In this document: piece after piece, positions 1 to 8,545 of the stretch
Layout of the letters: every line of letters starts with the position of its first letter
How positions within the stretch are numbered: the first letter of the stretch is position 1
Position numbers and translations under genes: made by a program
The notes under the pieces: generated by a model
Told to the model about the DNA's origin: nothing
Database searches by the model: none
The model's input: only the letters and a program-made list of their open reading frames with translations
DNA from: a virus
Lineage: Duplodnaviria; Caudoviricetes
Length of the DNA: 51,603 nt
Virus record (IMG/VR): IMGVR_UViG_3300032024_000113
Location: 1 to 51,603 of that record
Reading direction: 5' to 3' (one strand)

Positions 1-50
1 GGCGAATGGTAGGTGCCGACACGCAGGATGGATTTCTTGTAGAGCGGCAT
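1..50 (-). CDS. 5' end of a gene running off the left edge (MPLYKKSILRVGTYHS...), possibly a head or prohead-protease-type protein
   Basis: ATG at 50 with an upstream AGGT; frame is open to the window edge. Product is a guess from position next to structural and terminase genes. Confidence 0.3.
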   Translation of the reverse strand, partial: MPLYKKSILRVGTYHS

Positions 51-149
51 GGGTCACGATACCTGATAGTCAAAAAAGCACTTCGTTGGCTAAGCGTGCT
101 TCGACTATCAGCGCGACCTGCGAGTTCGGATATAGACAACTCCCCGCCG

Positions 150-206
150 TGGCAGAACTTGGCAGGGGTTGGCAGAACCTGTCAGGTTATGGCAGAGGGT
201 TGGCGT
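150..206 (+). repeat. Helically phased direct repeats TG(G/T)CAG with a 10-bp period, a putative protein-binding array
   Basis: TGGCAG at 150, 160, 170 and 190; TGTCAG at 180; TGGCGT at 201. Lies between divergent genes. Confidence 0.7.
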
Positions 207-229
207 CTGCGTTTAGAATCCGCAGCACC

Positions 230-481
230 ATGGATGATATCGATGTCAAAACAGAAACCGTCTTCCTGCTGAGCGACGGCGTGCGCATCAAAGGCGTGCA
301 GAAGTCCTATCGGAGCCTCTACCGCTACGTGACAGACGGCGTGCCCGTGATGGACCGATTCGGGCGGCGCGTGGTGATTCGCCTGGCGAAGGTGGAACTG
401 CCGACCGGGATGGCCACCAGCGTAGAAGCCTACTATCGCTTCATCGAGCAACTGACGGTCGTGCAGGCGACCCTGTATTAA
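230..481 (+). CDS. DUF1580-like small winged-HTH (Xis/BldC-like) DNA-binding protein
   Basis: ATG at 230; 83 aa with SLYRYVTDG and C-terminal ATSVEAYYRF, resembling the DUF1580 TSxEAxxRF motif. Confidence 0.6.
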   Translation: MDDIDVKTETVFLLSDGVRIKGVQKSYRSLYRYVTDGVPVMDRFGRRVVIRLAKVELPTGMATSVEAYYRFIEQLTVVQATLY

Positions 482-2094
482 GCAATCAGCGTATCCGCGA
501 TCGTTTCGGCGCCCGCCGCATTGCTCGGCAGTAGCAGGTCGCTCTCGCGCAGATTGAACACGCGGTTCATCCACTCGTGGAGTGTCCCGCCGCGGTCATT
601 CGCCACCGCCAACGTGATGCGATCGTCGAGTTGCCAGTCGGCGGTGCCCGAGAAGAGCGCCACGTACAGACCACCCGTGTAGAGTTGGGTCATGTCCGTC
701 AGTTGCACGTCATCGAGAAACACACTCGTGCCGGCCGACACCGCCGTACTGATGCGAATACGGAAGTACACGTTGGTGGGCAGGGTACTCGGCGTGCGGA
801 AAACACCAGTCTGGGCAGCAAAGGACGTGGTCAGTCCCGCCCCCGTGAACGTGAAGCTGTTGGCTGTGCCCGCGTCGTCGTTGATGACGGTCCCGCCAAT
901 GCCGTCCACCAGGTCGATGGTCAGGACGCCCGCCGCCGGAACCACGTCCACGCAGGCAAACAGGCAGACCGCGTAGTTAGTGGCCCCTTGCAACGCCACC
1001 AGTTGCTGGAGCGTGGTGAGTTGCGCACCGTTACTGTCCAGTTCCAGGGACCGCGCGCCGTTCTTGACGTAAGCCAGCCCCGCCGTGGTCGTGGCGTGCG
1101 TGATGGTGGGCGTACCGCCGCTCAGCGTCGACGTGCTCGTGAGCTGCGTGGGGTTCGGCACGTTGTAGAACGTGATGGTGTGCGTGTAGTCCGGGCTAGT
1201 CCCCGTGGCGGTGACTTCCACGCTTTCCAGACCCGCCAACTGCTGCAACGCTGATTGCACGGCGGTCCCCGAGGCGTTGTACGCCAGGGGCGCCGTGGTA
1301 TGCACCTTGGCGTCGCCGTCAGTGAAAGACAGGGTGTACCAACCGCCGGTCGGCGTCCCCCCGATCACCACTGTCTGGACTTCCACGGGCGTGAGCTTGA
1401 GTGTCGTGCCAACCGTGCCCACACTGATTACCCAGCTGGCGGGCAGATAGACGCTGTTGTCGTCCTCTTCCTCGAAGGTGCCGTTGGTCACGTACGACGC
1501 GCCGCCGCTGTGGCTCTCCACGGTCGTGGACACGCCCGAGCCACCCGGCCACTGATAGGACAGCGGGTCCGACACCAGCTCCTTGCCCAGCACGGAGAAG
1601 GACGTACTGCCAGTGGCCAGGAACACAAGCGTCTCGGCCAACATGTGCTCGTTCGTTTTGGCGTCGCCGCGTTTCACGCTGGTCACCAGGACGCCGTTGC
1701 CGGTGTTAGCGACATCGTAGGACGGGGTGGCACTGACGGCGTTGGCATCCACCGAGTCCGCAGCAGCCAGCATTTGCCGGATGAATTCCGTCAGCGCGGT
1801 ACCCACGTAGGCATCCACCTGTGGGTTGTCGTCCTTGACGATCTGCACCAGGTACTTCTCCAAGGCCGTGGCAATCACCGTGGAATTCAAACCGGCCGCT
1901 GTGTCCTTGAAGGATTGCAGGGCTTCGTAGATCCCGTCGACGCTGCTACTGATCTCGATGTCCGTGGTACCGAACTCCTGCACGAAGTCTTCTACCTCGT
2001 CGTGAATCGTGGTGCCCATCGCCGTGTTGATGACGTTGCCCGCATTGAACGCCTTGCCGGCCTTGGTGAAAAACGTCGTGAAATTGATCGCCAT
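478..2094 (-). CDS. Virion structural protein (beta-rich, tail or baseplate-like)
   Basis: 538 aa, Thr/Gly/Ala/Val-rich. Contains an EVQTVVIGGTPTGGWYTLSF Ig-like motif and a CBM-like segment (NGTFE...FLDDVQL). Directly downstream of terL. Confidence 0.65.
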   Translation of the reverse strand: MAINFTTFFTKAGKAFNAGNVINTAMGTTIHDEVEDFVQEFGTTDIEISSSVDGIYEALQSFKDTAAGLNSTVIATALEKYLVQIVKDDNPQVDAYVGTALTEFIRQMLAAADSVDANAVSATPSYDVANTGNGVLVTSVKRGDAKTNEHMLAETLVFLATGSTSFSVLGKELVSDPLSYQWPGGSGVSTTVESHSGGASYVTNGTFEEEDDNSVYLPASWVISVGTVGTTLKLTPVEVQTVVIGGTPTGGWYTLSFTDGDAKVHTTAPLAYNASGTAVQSALQQLAGLESVEVTATGTSPDYTHTITFYNVPNPTQLTSTSTLSGGTPTITHATTTAGLAYVKNGARSLELDSNGAQLTTLQQLVALQGATNYAVCLFACVDVVPAAGVLTIDLVDGIGGTVINDDAGTANSFTFTGAGLTTSFAAQTGVFRTPSTLPTNVYFRIRISTAVSAGTSVFLDDVQLTDMTQLYTGGLYVALFSGTADWQLDDRITLAVANDRGGTLHEWMNRVFNLRESDLLLPSNAAGAETIADTLIA

Positions 2095-2248
2095 CGGACT
2101 TTTCCTCGCAGGGAGCTATTGAACGGAAGCGTGGCATGTGGGTACAAACACGCCAGCGATCCTCCTTTCGCGACCAGTGGCCAGGACGAGGCTCAGACCT
2201 ATCCTGGCCATGGTCGTTTTGGCATTGTGCATATTTATCGGCAGCTCG

Positions 2249-5200
2249 TCAAAACCTCGCCGCGGTGAACGGGACGGTTTGCTTCGTCATGTCACCCGCC
2301 ACCGTCCCGCCCCAGGCCACGCCACGCTTGGCCAAATAGCGTGCTGCGTAGGAGGCCGCCGTGATATGCACGCACTCCTCGTCCGCCGCGCCGGTCCAGG
2401 CCATCCACTCGGCTTCCAGGGCATCTCGCCAGTCACTGCGGTCACAGGGCAGCATGACCCGTTCCTTGCGGAGCAGGTCTTGCAGGGGCACGCTCAGTTC
2501 CAGCAGTGTGCGGTCCGCACTGTCCACGAGTTCACTCGTCCCGCGGAGCCCCGCGTGCAGCTTGGAGCCCACGTCATCGTTGACGATCAGCAGCCGCTTG
2601 TACTGCCACTCATTGGCGCTGATCCGGCACTTCTCCAGCAACTCACTCCATTGCAGACGCTTCCGCCAGGCATGCCGCAGGAACATGTCCTTCGCTTGCG
2701 GATCGTAGTCCCAGACTTGCAGCACACTCCACGGGGTCTGTCGGGGCCGGTGGATGTCGGACGCGCCGCACTTGACCACGGCGATGCGTTGACACTGACC
2801 CTCGTCCACCACCCGCAGTCGACTGGTCTTCTCCACATGCAGGCGGGTCAGGATGTTGGACCGCCGCTCGAAGAACCGCAACCAAGCGGCGTCGATGATG
2901 GCGTGGCTCATGGCGGCCACCTTGTTGAAGGCCTTGGAGATCGAGTCCACGATGTCGTCATGCTCTGCGAAGGGGAACAGTTCGAACTCCTCGAACAGGG
3001 CCTGGTTCCAGCGGTGCCCCTCGCGATCAGTGACCACGTAGATGCTGCCGACCTCGGCTTGCGCTGCCAGCGATTCGGCATTGCGGACCTTATTGCCCCG
3101 CGTGGGTTGGAAGCGGGCAGTATACCCGTCGAGCATCTTCACAAAGTTTTCGGCGACGGTCTTGCCGCCGCTTCCCGGCTCCTGCTCGCACCATTGATGC
3201 ACCGTGTGGCCGTCGCGCATGGCCGTGGACTTGATCACGCGATCCCGCTCGCCGCTGCTCCACTGCCCGCGTTCGATATCGAGCACCACATAGCGTCCGT
3301 CCGTGGTCTTGCCGACCTTGGCTCCGCTGGTGAAATCGCCTTCATCCTCCGTCGCGGCGAAGTCCCACCAGCGGACCGTTTGCTGCATGGAGTCGGGGGC
3401 GGCTGGCAGCAATTGGAACCAGGCCGTTTGGAACATGCCGCCTTCCTTGGGTGCCGGGCGTTGCTGCATCTGACCGGCGGTGCCGTAGCTGCCGAGTTCT
3501 TTCTCCAGCCCCGCCAGCACAGGTTCCGAGAATTGGTGCGGCGTGAGCAGTTCACCTTCCACGGTGCGCGGGTCCGTGAACCCCAACAGCGTCGGGTTCA
3601 TGCGATCGGGTTCGTAGTGCATGGGCAGGCAGATGTGTTCATAGTCGCCCTGCTCCAGCACGTAGCCCGAGAGATCTTTCTGATGCAGTCTCTGCATGAT
3701 AATCACGCGCGCCGCACCGCGTGACACACCGCGCGTGGACATGGTCAGCGTCCACCATTCGAGCACCGCCTGCCGGTTCGCTTCGGACTCGGCACGCTTA
3801 ACATTGTGCGGGTCGTCGCAATTGTGGACCAGAACCCCGTTAGCATAGTAGTTCGCAGTGCCATGGACCGTCAGGCAATAGACTCGCTGGCACAGAGATC
3901 CTGGGCCAACATGGAAGACAGAATCTCTCGCCACAGATTCTCCAGTTTCGGTCCGCCGTGAACACTGGCGTGGCATGACCCACAAAGACTGATGGCATTT
4001 TTCATGCTGTTGTTCCGTACGTTCCCGTCGACATGATGCACAGACATGGCTTTCCCGCCATTCTCTGCTTTGGTCATTTGGCACAACCGGCACACGTAGC
4101 CGTCTCTCCGACGAACCAGCTTCGATAACTCGACAAATTCTGCGGGGTACTCCTGCGTTCCTAATCCATGCTTGTAGCGACCGTTGCGAGTGCCCTTGAT
4201 GTCTTCGCGATGCGCGAGATTGGCACATCTCCGCGTACAAAAACACCGACCGTGGTCGAAGCGGATCTTGCCGACCCAGAGAGGCGTTCCGCATTGGCTG
4301 CATGGAATACGATAGGGTAGCCCTCGCGGATGTTGCTGGTTTTTCCTGCGGCACTCGTGCGAGCACCATTGAGCGGTTGCGCGGCGTTTTCCCCATGCGC
4401 CGTGAATTGTCTTTCCGCAACCTATGCAACGCGGCTTTTCTCCTGCAAAGGCAGGGTGCGCATCTCCACGAATGGCGAGACCGTGGCAGCGGTGTGAGCA
4501 GTAGATTCGCCCGCGTGCAGCGTGGGCCGGAGGACGGTACACCGGTTTGCCGCACTGCTCGCAGGGCTGCGTGGACTGTGCCCGCTTCAATGCGTACCGA
4601 CACAGAAGGCTGCAAACTCGGTGAGGCCTGGATGGCCTCGCCGCAAAGTCTTTCCCGCAGTTCTCGCATTGCCAGATCATCAGTGACTACCTCATCATTG
4701 GCGTGCAAGTCACTCGCCGCTGTATATCCGCGACCACTCACGTAAATCAAATGATCAGGTGTGCATTCCAGTGAACGACCGGAGCGAAATCGAATACGCA
4801 CCAGTCTCGCGTTGTAGGGTCGCGACACGCACGCATAACTATTCGTGAAACGAGGCACCTTGCCAGTCAGGAGCTTGTCGCGTCCGTCCGGTGCCATGAG
4901 TGTTTCAATTGGTTTCCTGCCAGTATCGGTTGATACCAACGTGCCAGCTGGAAAGCACACGATGTAATCCGGGTGTTCTCCTGTTCCGTGCCCACCGACG
5001 CTCGTAGCCAACCGATAACCGCCTTTGTCGTTCTGGAACTTGGTCTTCTCGTTCTGGTCGTTTACGAACTTGAAGCGGTCGTACCATAACCCGTGATACC
5101 ACGACCCCTGAATCAACGCTCGGCACTTGAGGCTATCTCGCGTGCTCAGCTCCTGGTCGTACGATGCAAAGAACCATCGCGTCTGCGGCTTTGTAATCCA

Positions 5201-5455
5201 GGTCCATGTCGGCCATAGAACCGAAGTCAAAAGACTTTTCGAACAGCCAGGCGGAATGTTGATCAAGAGCTTCTTGATCTGCCCACGACTCACCGCTTGG
5301 AGGTGGGCGCAGATCGCACCGATGTGCCAACTGTCAACGAACGGTACGGACTCGATGTGCGGCCAGGCTTCCTTGACGTAGTCGTAGAGCGAGAGTTCGC
5401 AGAGATACTTGGCAGCTTCGTCGAGCAGGCGTGGATCAATAAGTTCTTCGGTCAT
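2249..5455 (-). CDS. terL: Terminase large subunit, intein-containing (1068-aa precursor, about 689 aa after splicing), with an extra degenerate C-terminal nuclease domain
   Basis: Walker A INIPPGCSKS; Walker B YIV|CDDP interrupted by the intein; motif III IIMQRLH; GQMQQRP; RNase H-like nuclease WWDFAA...HDDIVDS. Confidence 0.95.
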   Translation of the reverse strand: MTEELIDPRLLDEAAKYLCELSLYDYVKEAWPHIESVPFVDSWHIGAICAHLQAVSRGQIKKLLINIPPGCSKSLLTSVLWPTWTWITKPQTRWFFASYDQELSTRDSLKCRALIQGSWYHGLWYDRFKFVNDQNEKTKFQNDKGGYRLATSVGGHGTGEHPDYIVCFPAGTLVSTDTGRKPIETLMAPDGRDKLLTGKVPRFTNSYACVSRPYNARLVRIRFRSGRSLECTPDHLIYVSGRGYTAASDLHANDEVVTDDLAMRELRERLCGEAIQASPSLQPSVSVRIEAGTVHAALRAVRQTGVPSSGPRCTRANLLLTPLPRSRHSWRCAPCLCRRKAALHRLRKDNSRRMGKTPRNRSMVLARVPQEKPATSARATLSYSMQPMRNASLGRQDPLRPRSVFLYAEMCQSRASRRHQGHSQRSLQAWIRNAGVPRRICRVIEAGSSERRLRVPVVPNDQSREWRESHVCASCRRERTEQQHEKCHQSLWVMPRQCSRRTETGESVARDSVFHVGPGSLCQRVYCLTVHGTANYYANGVLVHNCDDPHNVKRAESEANRQAVLEWWTLTMSTRGVSRGAARVIIMQRLHQKDLSGYVLEQGDYEHICLPMHYEPDRMNPTLLGFTDPRTVEGELLTPHQFSEPVLAGLEKELGSYGTAGQMQQRPAPKEGGMFQTAWFQLLPAAPDSMQQTVRWWDFAATEDEGDFTSGAKVGKTTDGRYVVLDIERGQWSSGERDRVIKSTAMRDGHTVHQWCEQEPGSGGKTVAENFVKMLDGYTARFQPTRGNKVRNAESLAAQAEVGSIYVVTDREGHRWNQALFEEFELFPFAEHDDIVDSISKAFNKVAAMSHAIIDAAWLRFFERRSNILTRLHVEKTSRLRVVDEGQCQRIAVVKCGASDIHRPRQTPWSVLQVWDYDPQAKDMFLRHAWRKRLQWSELLEKCRISANEWQYKRLLIVNDDVGSKLHAGLRGTSELVDSADRTLLELSVPLQDLLRKERVMLPCDRSDWRDALEAEWMAWTGAADEECVHITAASYAARYLAKRGVAWGGTVAGDMTKQTVPFTAARF
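3821..4957 (-). mobile_element. Intein (379 aa) inserted in the TerL Walker B motif
   Basis: Block A CFPAGTLV (Cys1 = TGC at 4957-4955); block B LECTPDHLIY; block F VYCLTVHGTANYYANG; block G VLVHN followed by Cys+1. Confidence 0.95.
3871..4680 (-). CDS. Zinc-finger-repeat HNH homing endonuclease nested out of frame (+1) inside the intein
   Basis: 269 aa. Four CxxCG...C(S/T)xxC repeats, an NGRYKHG linker, and HNH core RDGYVCRLC...VHHVDGNVRNNSMKNAISLCGSCH. SD GAGGT lies 8 nt before the ATG at 4680. Confidence 0.9.
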   Translation of the reverse strand: MIWQCENCGKDFAARPSRPHRVCSLLCRYALKRAQSTQPCEQCGKPVYRPPAHAARGRIYCSHRCHGLAIRGDAHPAFAGEKPRCIGCGKTIHGAWGKRRATAQWCSHECRRKNQQHPRGLPYRIPCSQCGTPLWVGKIRFDHGRCFCTRRCANLAHREDIKGTRNGRYKHGLGTQEYPAEFVELSKLVRRRDGYVCRLCQMTKAENGGKAMSVHHVDGNVRNNSMKNAISLCGSCHASVHGGPKLENLWREILSSMLAQDLCASESIA

Positions 5456-5783
5456 GGCGGCCTTTTCTAATCAGTGACATCGTGACCCCGCTACCCACGG
5501 GGTGTGCTGACGGAGGCGGACGTGGTCTTTGTGCCTGGCTCATTACTTCATATTGGTGACGTACATGGCGCACAACGCCTTCACGCGGGTAGTTTCGTAG
5601 CTGGTGGGTGCCGGCCTCAATCATGGCCAGCCATTCCAGGGTTGGATTCGGGTCTTCATCGCAGCTCAGTCCGTAACAGTCCGCACAGACATACAGCACG
5701 GCCGAAGACGTGGTGGCTCGGTCGTCACACTCGCCGTCGCAAGTGCCGGTGCATGTGCCGGGGGTATGTGTGCAAGCGATCAT
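5436..5783 (-). CDS. Hypothetical Cys-rich protein
   Basis: 115-aa ORF coupled to the upstream gene (ATGA) and overlapping the terL start. Confidence 0.5.
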   Translation of the reverse strand: MIACTHTPGTCTGTCDGECDDRATTSSAVLYVCADCYGLSCDEDPNPTLEWLAMIEAGTHQLRNYPREGVVRHVRHQYEVMSQAQRPRPPPSAHPVGSGVTMSLIRKGRHDRRTY

Positions 5784-6151
5784 GCCGTGGTGCGGGTCTG
5801 CCGAAAGAAGAGAGCTTGCATGTCATGCAACACGCGGTCGTAGTCCGCCTCGGACGGTCCCAGTGGCACGGGGATGGCGCGATCATCGATGTAGGCAATT
5901 GCTTCTGGCTTGCCGCAGACCCAGTCGTACGGCAGGTCATGCTTGTCCAGCCAGGACCGCACCATGCTCACCTGCGCGGGCGTGGGATCGAGCGGATCAA
6001 TGCGGGCCGTGTGAATCACGATCTCCATACCGAACGTCTGGAGCATCTTCAGGAAGAACTTAGCCCCCTCATACGGTTCGCCGATGGATGGTCCGCTCGG
6101 GCAGGCCAGTACATGATCCAGATCCACGCAAACACGCTTGGGAGCACTCAC
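5780..6151 (-). CDS. HAD-superfamily phosphatase / nucleotidase-like protein
   Basis: GTGA coupling at 6148-6151; motifs VCVDLDHVLA, IVIHTAR and GKPEAIAYIDDRA. Confidence 0.8.
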   Translation of the reverse strand: MSAPKRVCVDLDHVLACPSGPSIGEPYEGAKFFLKMLQTFGMEIVIHTARIDPLDPTPAQVSMVRSWLDKHDLPYDWVCGKPEAIAYIDDRAIPVPLGPSEADYDRVLHDMQALFFRQTRTTA

Positions 6152-6930
6152 TGGTTGTCTTCCTCCGCATCGGCTGGCAGTCCCTGTAAGGCGTGCTCCA
6201 AGACCTCGGCGGCCTGCTTGATCCCGCGCTGCAATCGCTCCACCGTGCCCCGCGCGCCGAGCACTCCCGAGTCGCGAATGAACTTCACAGCGGCCCCGAT
6301 GGGTCCGGCATCCCACGACTTGGACAGCGACAAGCCCGAGGCCTGCTCAAACTGCTCGATGGTGTATTGCAGCTCGTGGATCTTCCGGTCTTTGTGGACC
6401 GTGTCGAATTGCTGCTTGGCGGCCACACGCTTCGCAACTTCGTCTTCCAGTCCGCCCAGCGGAATGGTCGCGGCGGAGACGCTGCGGAGGATCGAGCACA
6501 ACAGCAGCATGTCCGGCGGGACACACTCCAGCTGCGGGGCGGCTTTGATGTTCTTGACGGTGCCGGCACTGGGGCACTCGATCAGTCCCCAGTTCTCCGG
6601 TACCTCACCCACATCAATCACACCCTTGGGCGCGACCACGTACCAATAGCGGCAATACTTCTGAATGTCGGCGGACTTGTGCGGGTCGGCGAGTTCCTTG
6701 CGACAGTCGCTGCGGCTGACCTTGATCTCGAAGCCCGTCAGATACAGCCCGCGGGAGGGCCAGACCGAGACGGCCAGCGCATCGGCAGTGCGGGTGGTCC
6801 GGCGCTGGTACCCGGTGCCATTGCGGACTTGCGGCAACAGCACGTAGGCCGGTGCCGGGTACGCCTTGACCAGGCACGCGAAGACCGCCGGTTCCGTCCA
6901 GGGTTTGCGGGGTGTGGTCGCCGTCGCCAT
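6148..6930 (-). CDS. MmcB-like PD-(D/E)XK nuclease-family protein
   Basis: RTADALAVSVWPSRG...GFEIKVSRSD...YWYVVAP...VPENWGL; start at ATG 6930. Confidence 0.75.
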   Translation of the reverse strand: MATATTPRKPWTEPAVFACLVKAYPAPAYVLLPQVRNGTGYQRRTTRTADALAVSVWPSRGLYLTGFEIKVSRSDCRKELADPHKSADIQKYCRYWYVVAPKGVIDVGEVPENWGLIECPSAGTVKNIKAAPQLECVPPDMLLLCSILRSVSAATIPLGGLEDEVAKRVAAKQQFDTVHKDRKIHELQYTIEQFEQASGLSLSKSWDAGPIGAAVKFIRDSGVLGARGTVERLQRGIKQAAEVLEHALQGLPADAEEDNQ

Positions 6931-6931
6931 C

Positions 6932-7291
6932 TCAGAACTCCAGCGGTTCCGGGCAGGGCATCGTTTGCGCTGTCGGCTTCTTGGTCGTCCCAGAGAATTT
7001 ACTGGGATCAATAAAGAACTCTTTCGGCGGGGTGAACGGGGGGGGCACACGCCGCAGGCAACCGGTCGCGTCATCGAGCTTATGATCACCGCAATGATCA
7101 GAACCGAACACAGCAGGCCAGCCGCCCAGGGTAGGGGCGTGCCGGCGGCAGCGTCCGAAAGGTACCTCTACGTCCTCGGGCGACATAGGTCCTTCGTAGT
7201 GCTTGCGGACGAACCACATGCAGGTACTGCACCGCATCCCCTGGGAGCGATGCTTCCAATTGTCGAGCACTGCAAAATCATCCGTCGACAT
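6932..7291 (-). CDS. Small Cys-cluster protein (CxxC...GxCRRxxP...WP...CG)
   Basis: SD AGGAG before ATG 7291; the same four-Cys pattern appears in 33860..34339. Confidence 0.6.
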   Translation of the reverse strand: MSTDDFAVLDNWKHRSQGMRCSTCMWFVRKHYEGPMSPEDVEVPFGRCRRHAPTLGGWPAVFGSDHCGDHKLDDATGCLRRVPPPFTPPKEFFIDPSKFSGTTKKPTAQTMPCPEPLEF

Positions 7292-7514
7292 CGTATGTCT
7301 CCTGAGTGGGTAGAAGGTGGTGCTCGGCCTCCACCGACCGCAGGTGCGTCGGCACGGGACCGAGCTTGTGTTGCACAATCGCGAACAACTTGTCGAACAG
7401 ATCGATCACCTCGCGGTGCTCGCGGTTGTGGACGAAGATAGACCAGCAGCACATGCTGCAAAAGCCTCCGCTGAAGCCGATCACAAACAGGCACGCGCTC
7501 AGGTATACGTTCAT
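7278..7514 (-). CDS. Small membrane protein
   Basis: ATGA coupling at 7511-7514; SD AAGGAGG; N-terminal hydrophobic helix. Confidence 0.55.
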   Translation of the reverse strand: MNVYLSACLFVIGFSGGFCSMCCWSIFVHNREHREVIDLFDKLFAIVQHKLGPVPTHLRSVEAEHHLLPTQETYDVDG

Positions 7515-8024
7515 GTACGAGCCTCCTTGTAGCTCTGGACGGTGCGACCGTCGCCGAACAGCAGATGGGACAGCACTTCCCGTCCCTGGTCCCAGACGTA
7601 CTCGAACAGGTAGGCGTCTTCGCCGGTCTGTTCGTGCTTCCTGAGCGTGTCGATGCACTGGAAGCCTTGCGCGCGAAAGAAGATCTGGGCGGCCAGGTTC
7701 GTTTCCCGCACGGCCCAGCAAGATCCGGTTGCGGCGTTGAACCGACAACTTGCCGCGCAGCTGGTTCAGTAACTCGCTCCCGTAGCCAAGTCGCCGATAC
7801 CTGGCGTCCACCGCAATGTTGAGGACGAACAGCGTGTGGCGACTCAGTTCGTACAGCATGTAGCCGCACACCTGATCCGCATCGTTCTCGATGACCACGC
7901 CGATGGTATTCCGCTCCCGCATGTGCGCGTCGAACTCCTCGTAGGTCCAGGAGAACTCAAAGCTCTCCTGCTCGATCCGCAATACGTCGGGCAGGTCTTT
8001 GGCGTTCAACCAGCGGATGTACAT
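7511..8024 (-). pseudogene. rimI: RimI-like GNAT N-acetyltransferase split by one extra G (possibly an assembly error)
   Basis: N-half MYIRWL...IEQESFEFSW...LNIAVDARYRRLGYG...RNRILL and C-half VRETNLAAQIFFRAQGF...GEDAY are in different frames. Removing one G at 7714-7716 restores ILLAVRETN. Confidence 0.8.
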
Positions 8025-8120
8025 GGCGATCCTCTCCGGGTGGCGATTCAGGGGCAGGCGAGAGATAGTCCCCGTCGCGCTGTCGTCGTGCGAAATTGTG
8101 ACGCCGGGTGTGCCGTTGTG

Positions 8121-8543
8121 CTATAGCTGGGCCTGGACGACTTCGTCCGGCACCTCGAACAACCCTTGCTTACCCTCGTACGGGATCGGCTGGGCAAACC
8201 GGCGGACGTCCTGCAGTACCCAGCACCATGGTCCCTCGGTGTGCTTATGCTTAAGCACGTCATCTACCGTGATACCCTTCGCGAGTTCAGTACGGCGGTC
8301 CCAGCGACGAGCACGTACGATATTGATGCAAGCCACGAGGTTCGCCACGGCAAGAATTGAACCCGTCGGATATTCCTCCGCGTGCTCTCGCAACTGCTGG
8401 CGGTCCATGTACTGCGTTCCTTTGCCAGCATGGATTAGCAATGGTCCACGATAGTCCGTTGGTCCCCATGTTCTGTTTTCAACCCACTTGTCACCACTCG
8501 CGATGGCGGTAGCAAACGGCTGGCTGATGGTCAGGCACTTCAC
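8121..8543 (-). CDS. ASCH domain protein
   Basis: KCLTISQPFATAIASGDKWVENRTW...YRGPLLIHAGK...GKQGLF. Confidence 0.9.
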   Translation of the reverse strand: MKCLTISQPFATAIASGDKWVENRTWGPTDYRGPLLIHAGKGTQYMDRQQLREHAEEYPTGSILAVANLVACINIVRARRWDRRTELAKGITVDDVLKHKHTEGPWCWVLQDVRRFAQPIPYEGKQGLFEVPDEVVQAQL

Positions 8544-8545
8544 GA

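Noticed and set aside
150-206. CRISPR array
   Set aside because: Repeats are 6 bp with 4-bp spacers. No CRISPR-sized repeat-spacer array or cas gene was seen anywhere in the window.
2138-3724. 528-aa plus-strand ORF, and similar long antisense ORFs (1255..2268, 5504..6649, 21807..22637, 46810..47769)
   Set aside because: Antisense shadows of GC3-rich minus-strand genes, with no recognisable motifs.
3871-4680. The idea that the HNH is an ordinary in-frame intein domain displaced by sequencing errors
   Set aside because: It would need two compensating indels plus about 270 stop-free codons by chance in the wrong frame, and the HNH has its own SD, ATG and stop. Not formally excluded without reads.
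7278-8024. The 248-aa ORF as a single genuine protein
   Set aside because: Better explained as frameshifted RimI joined by off-frame sequence to a separate membrane-protein gene that has its own SD and ATG.
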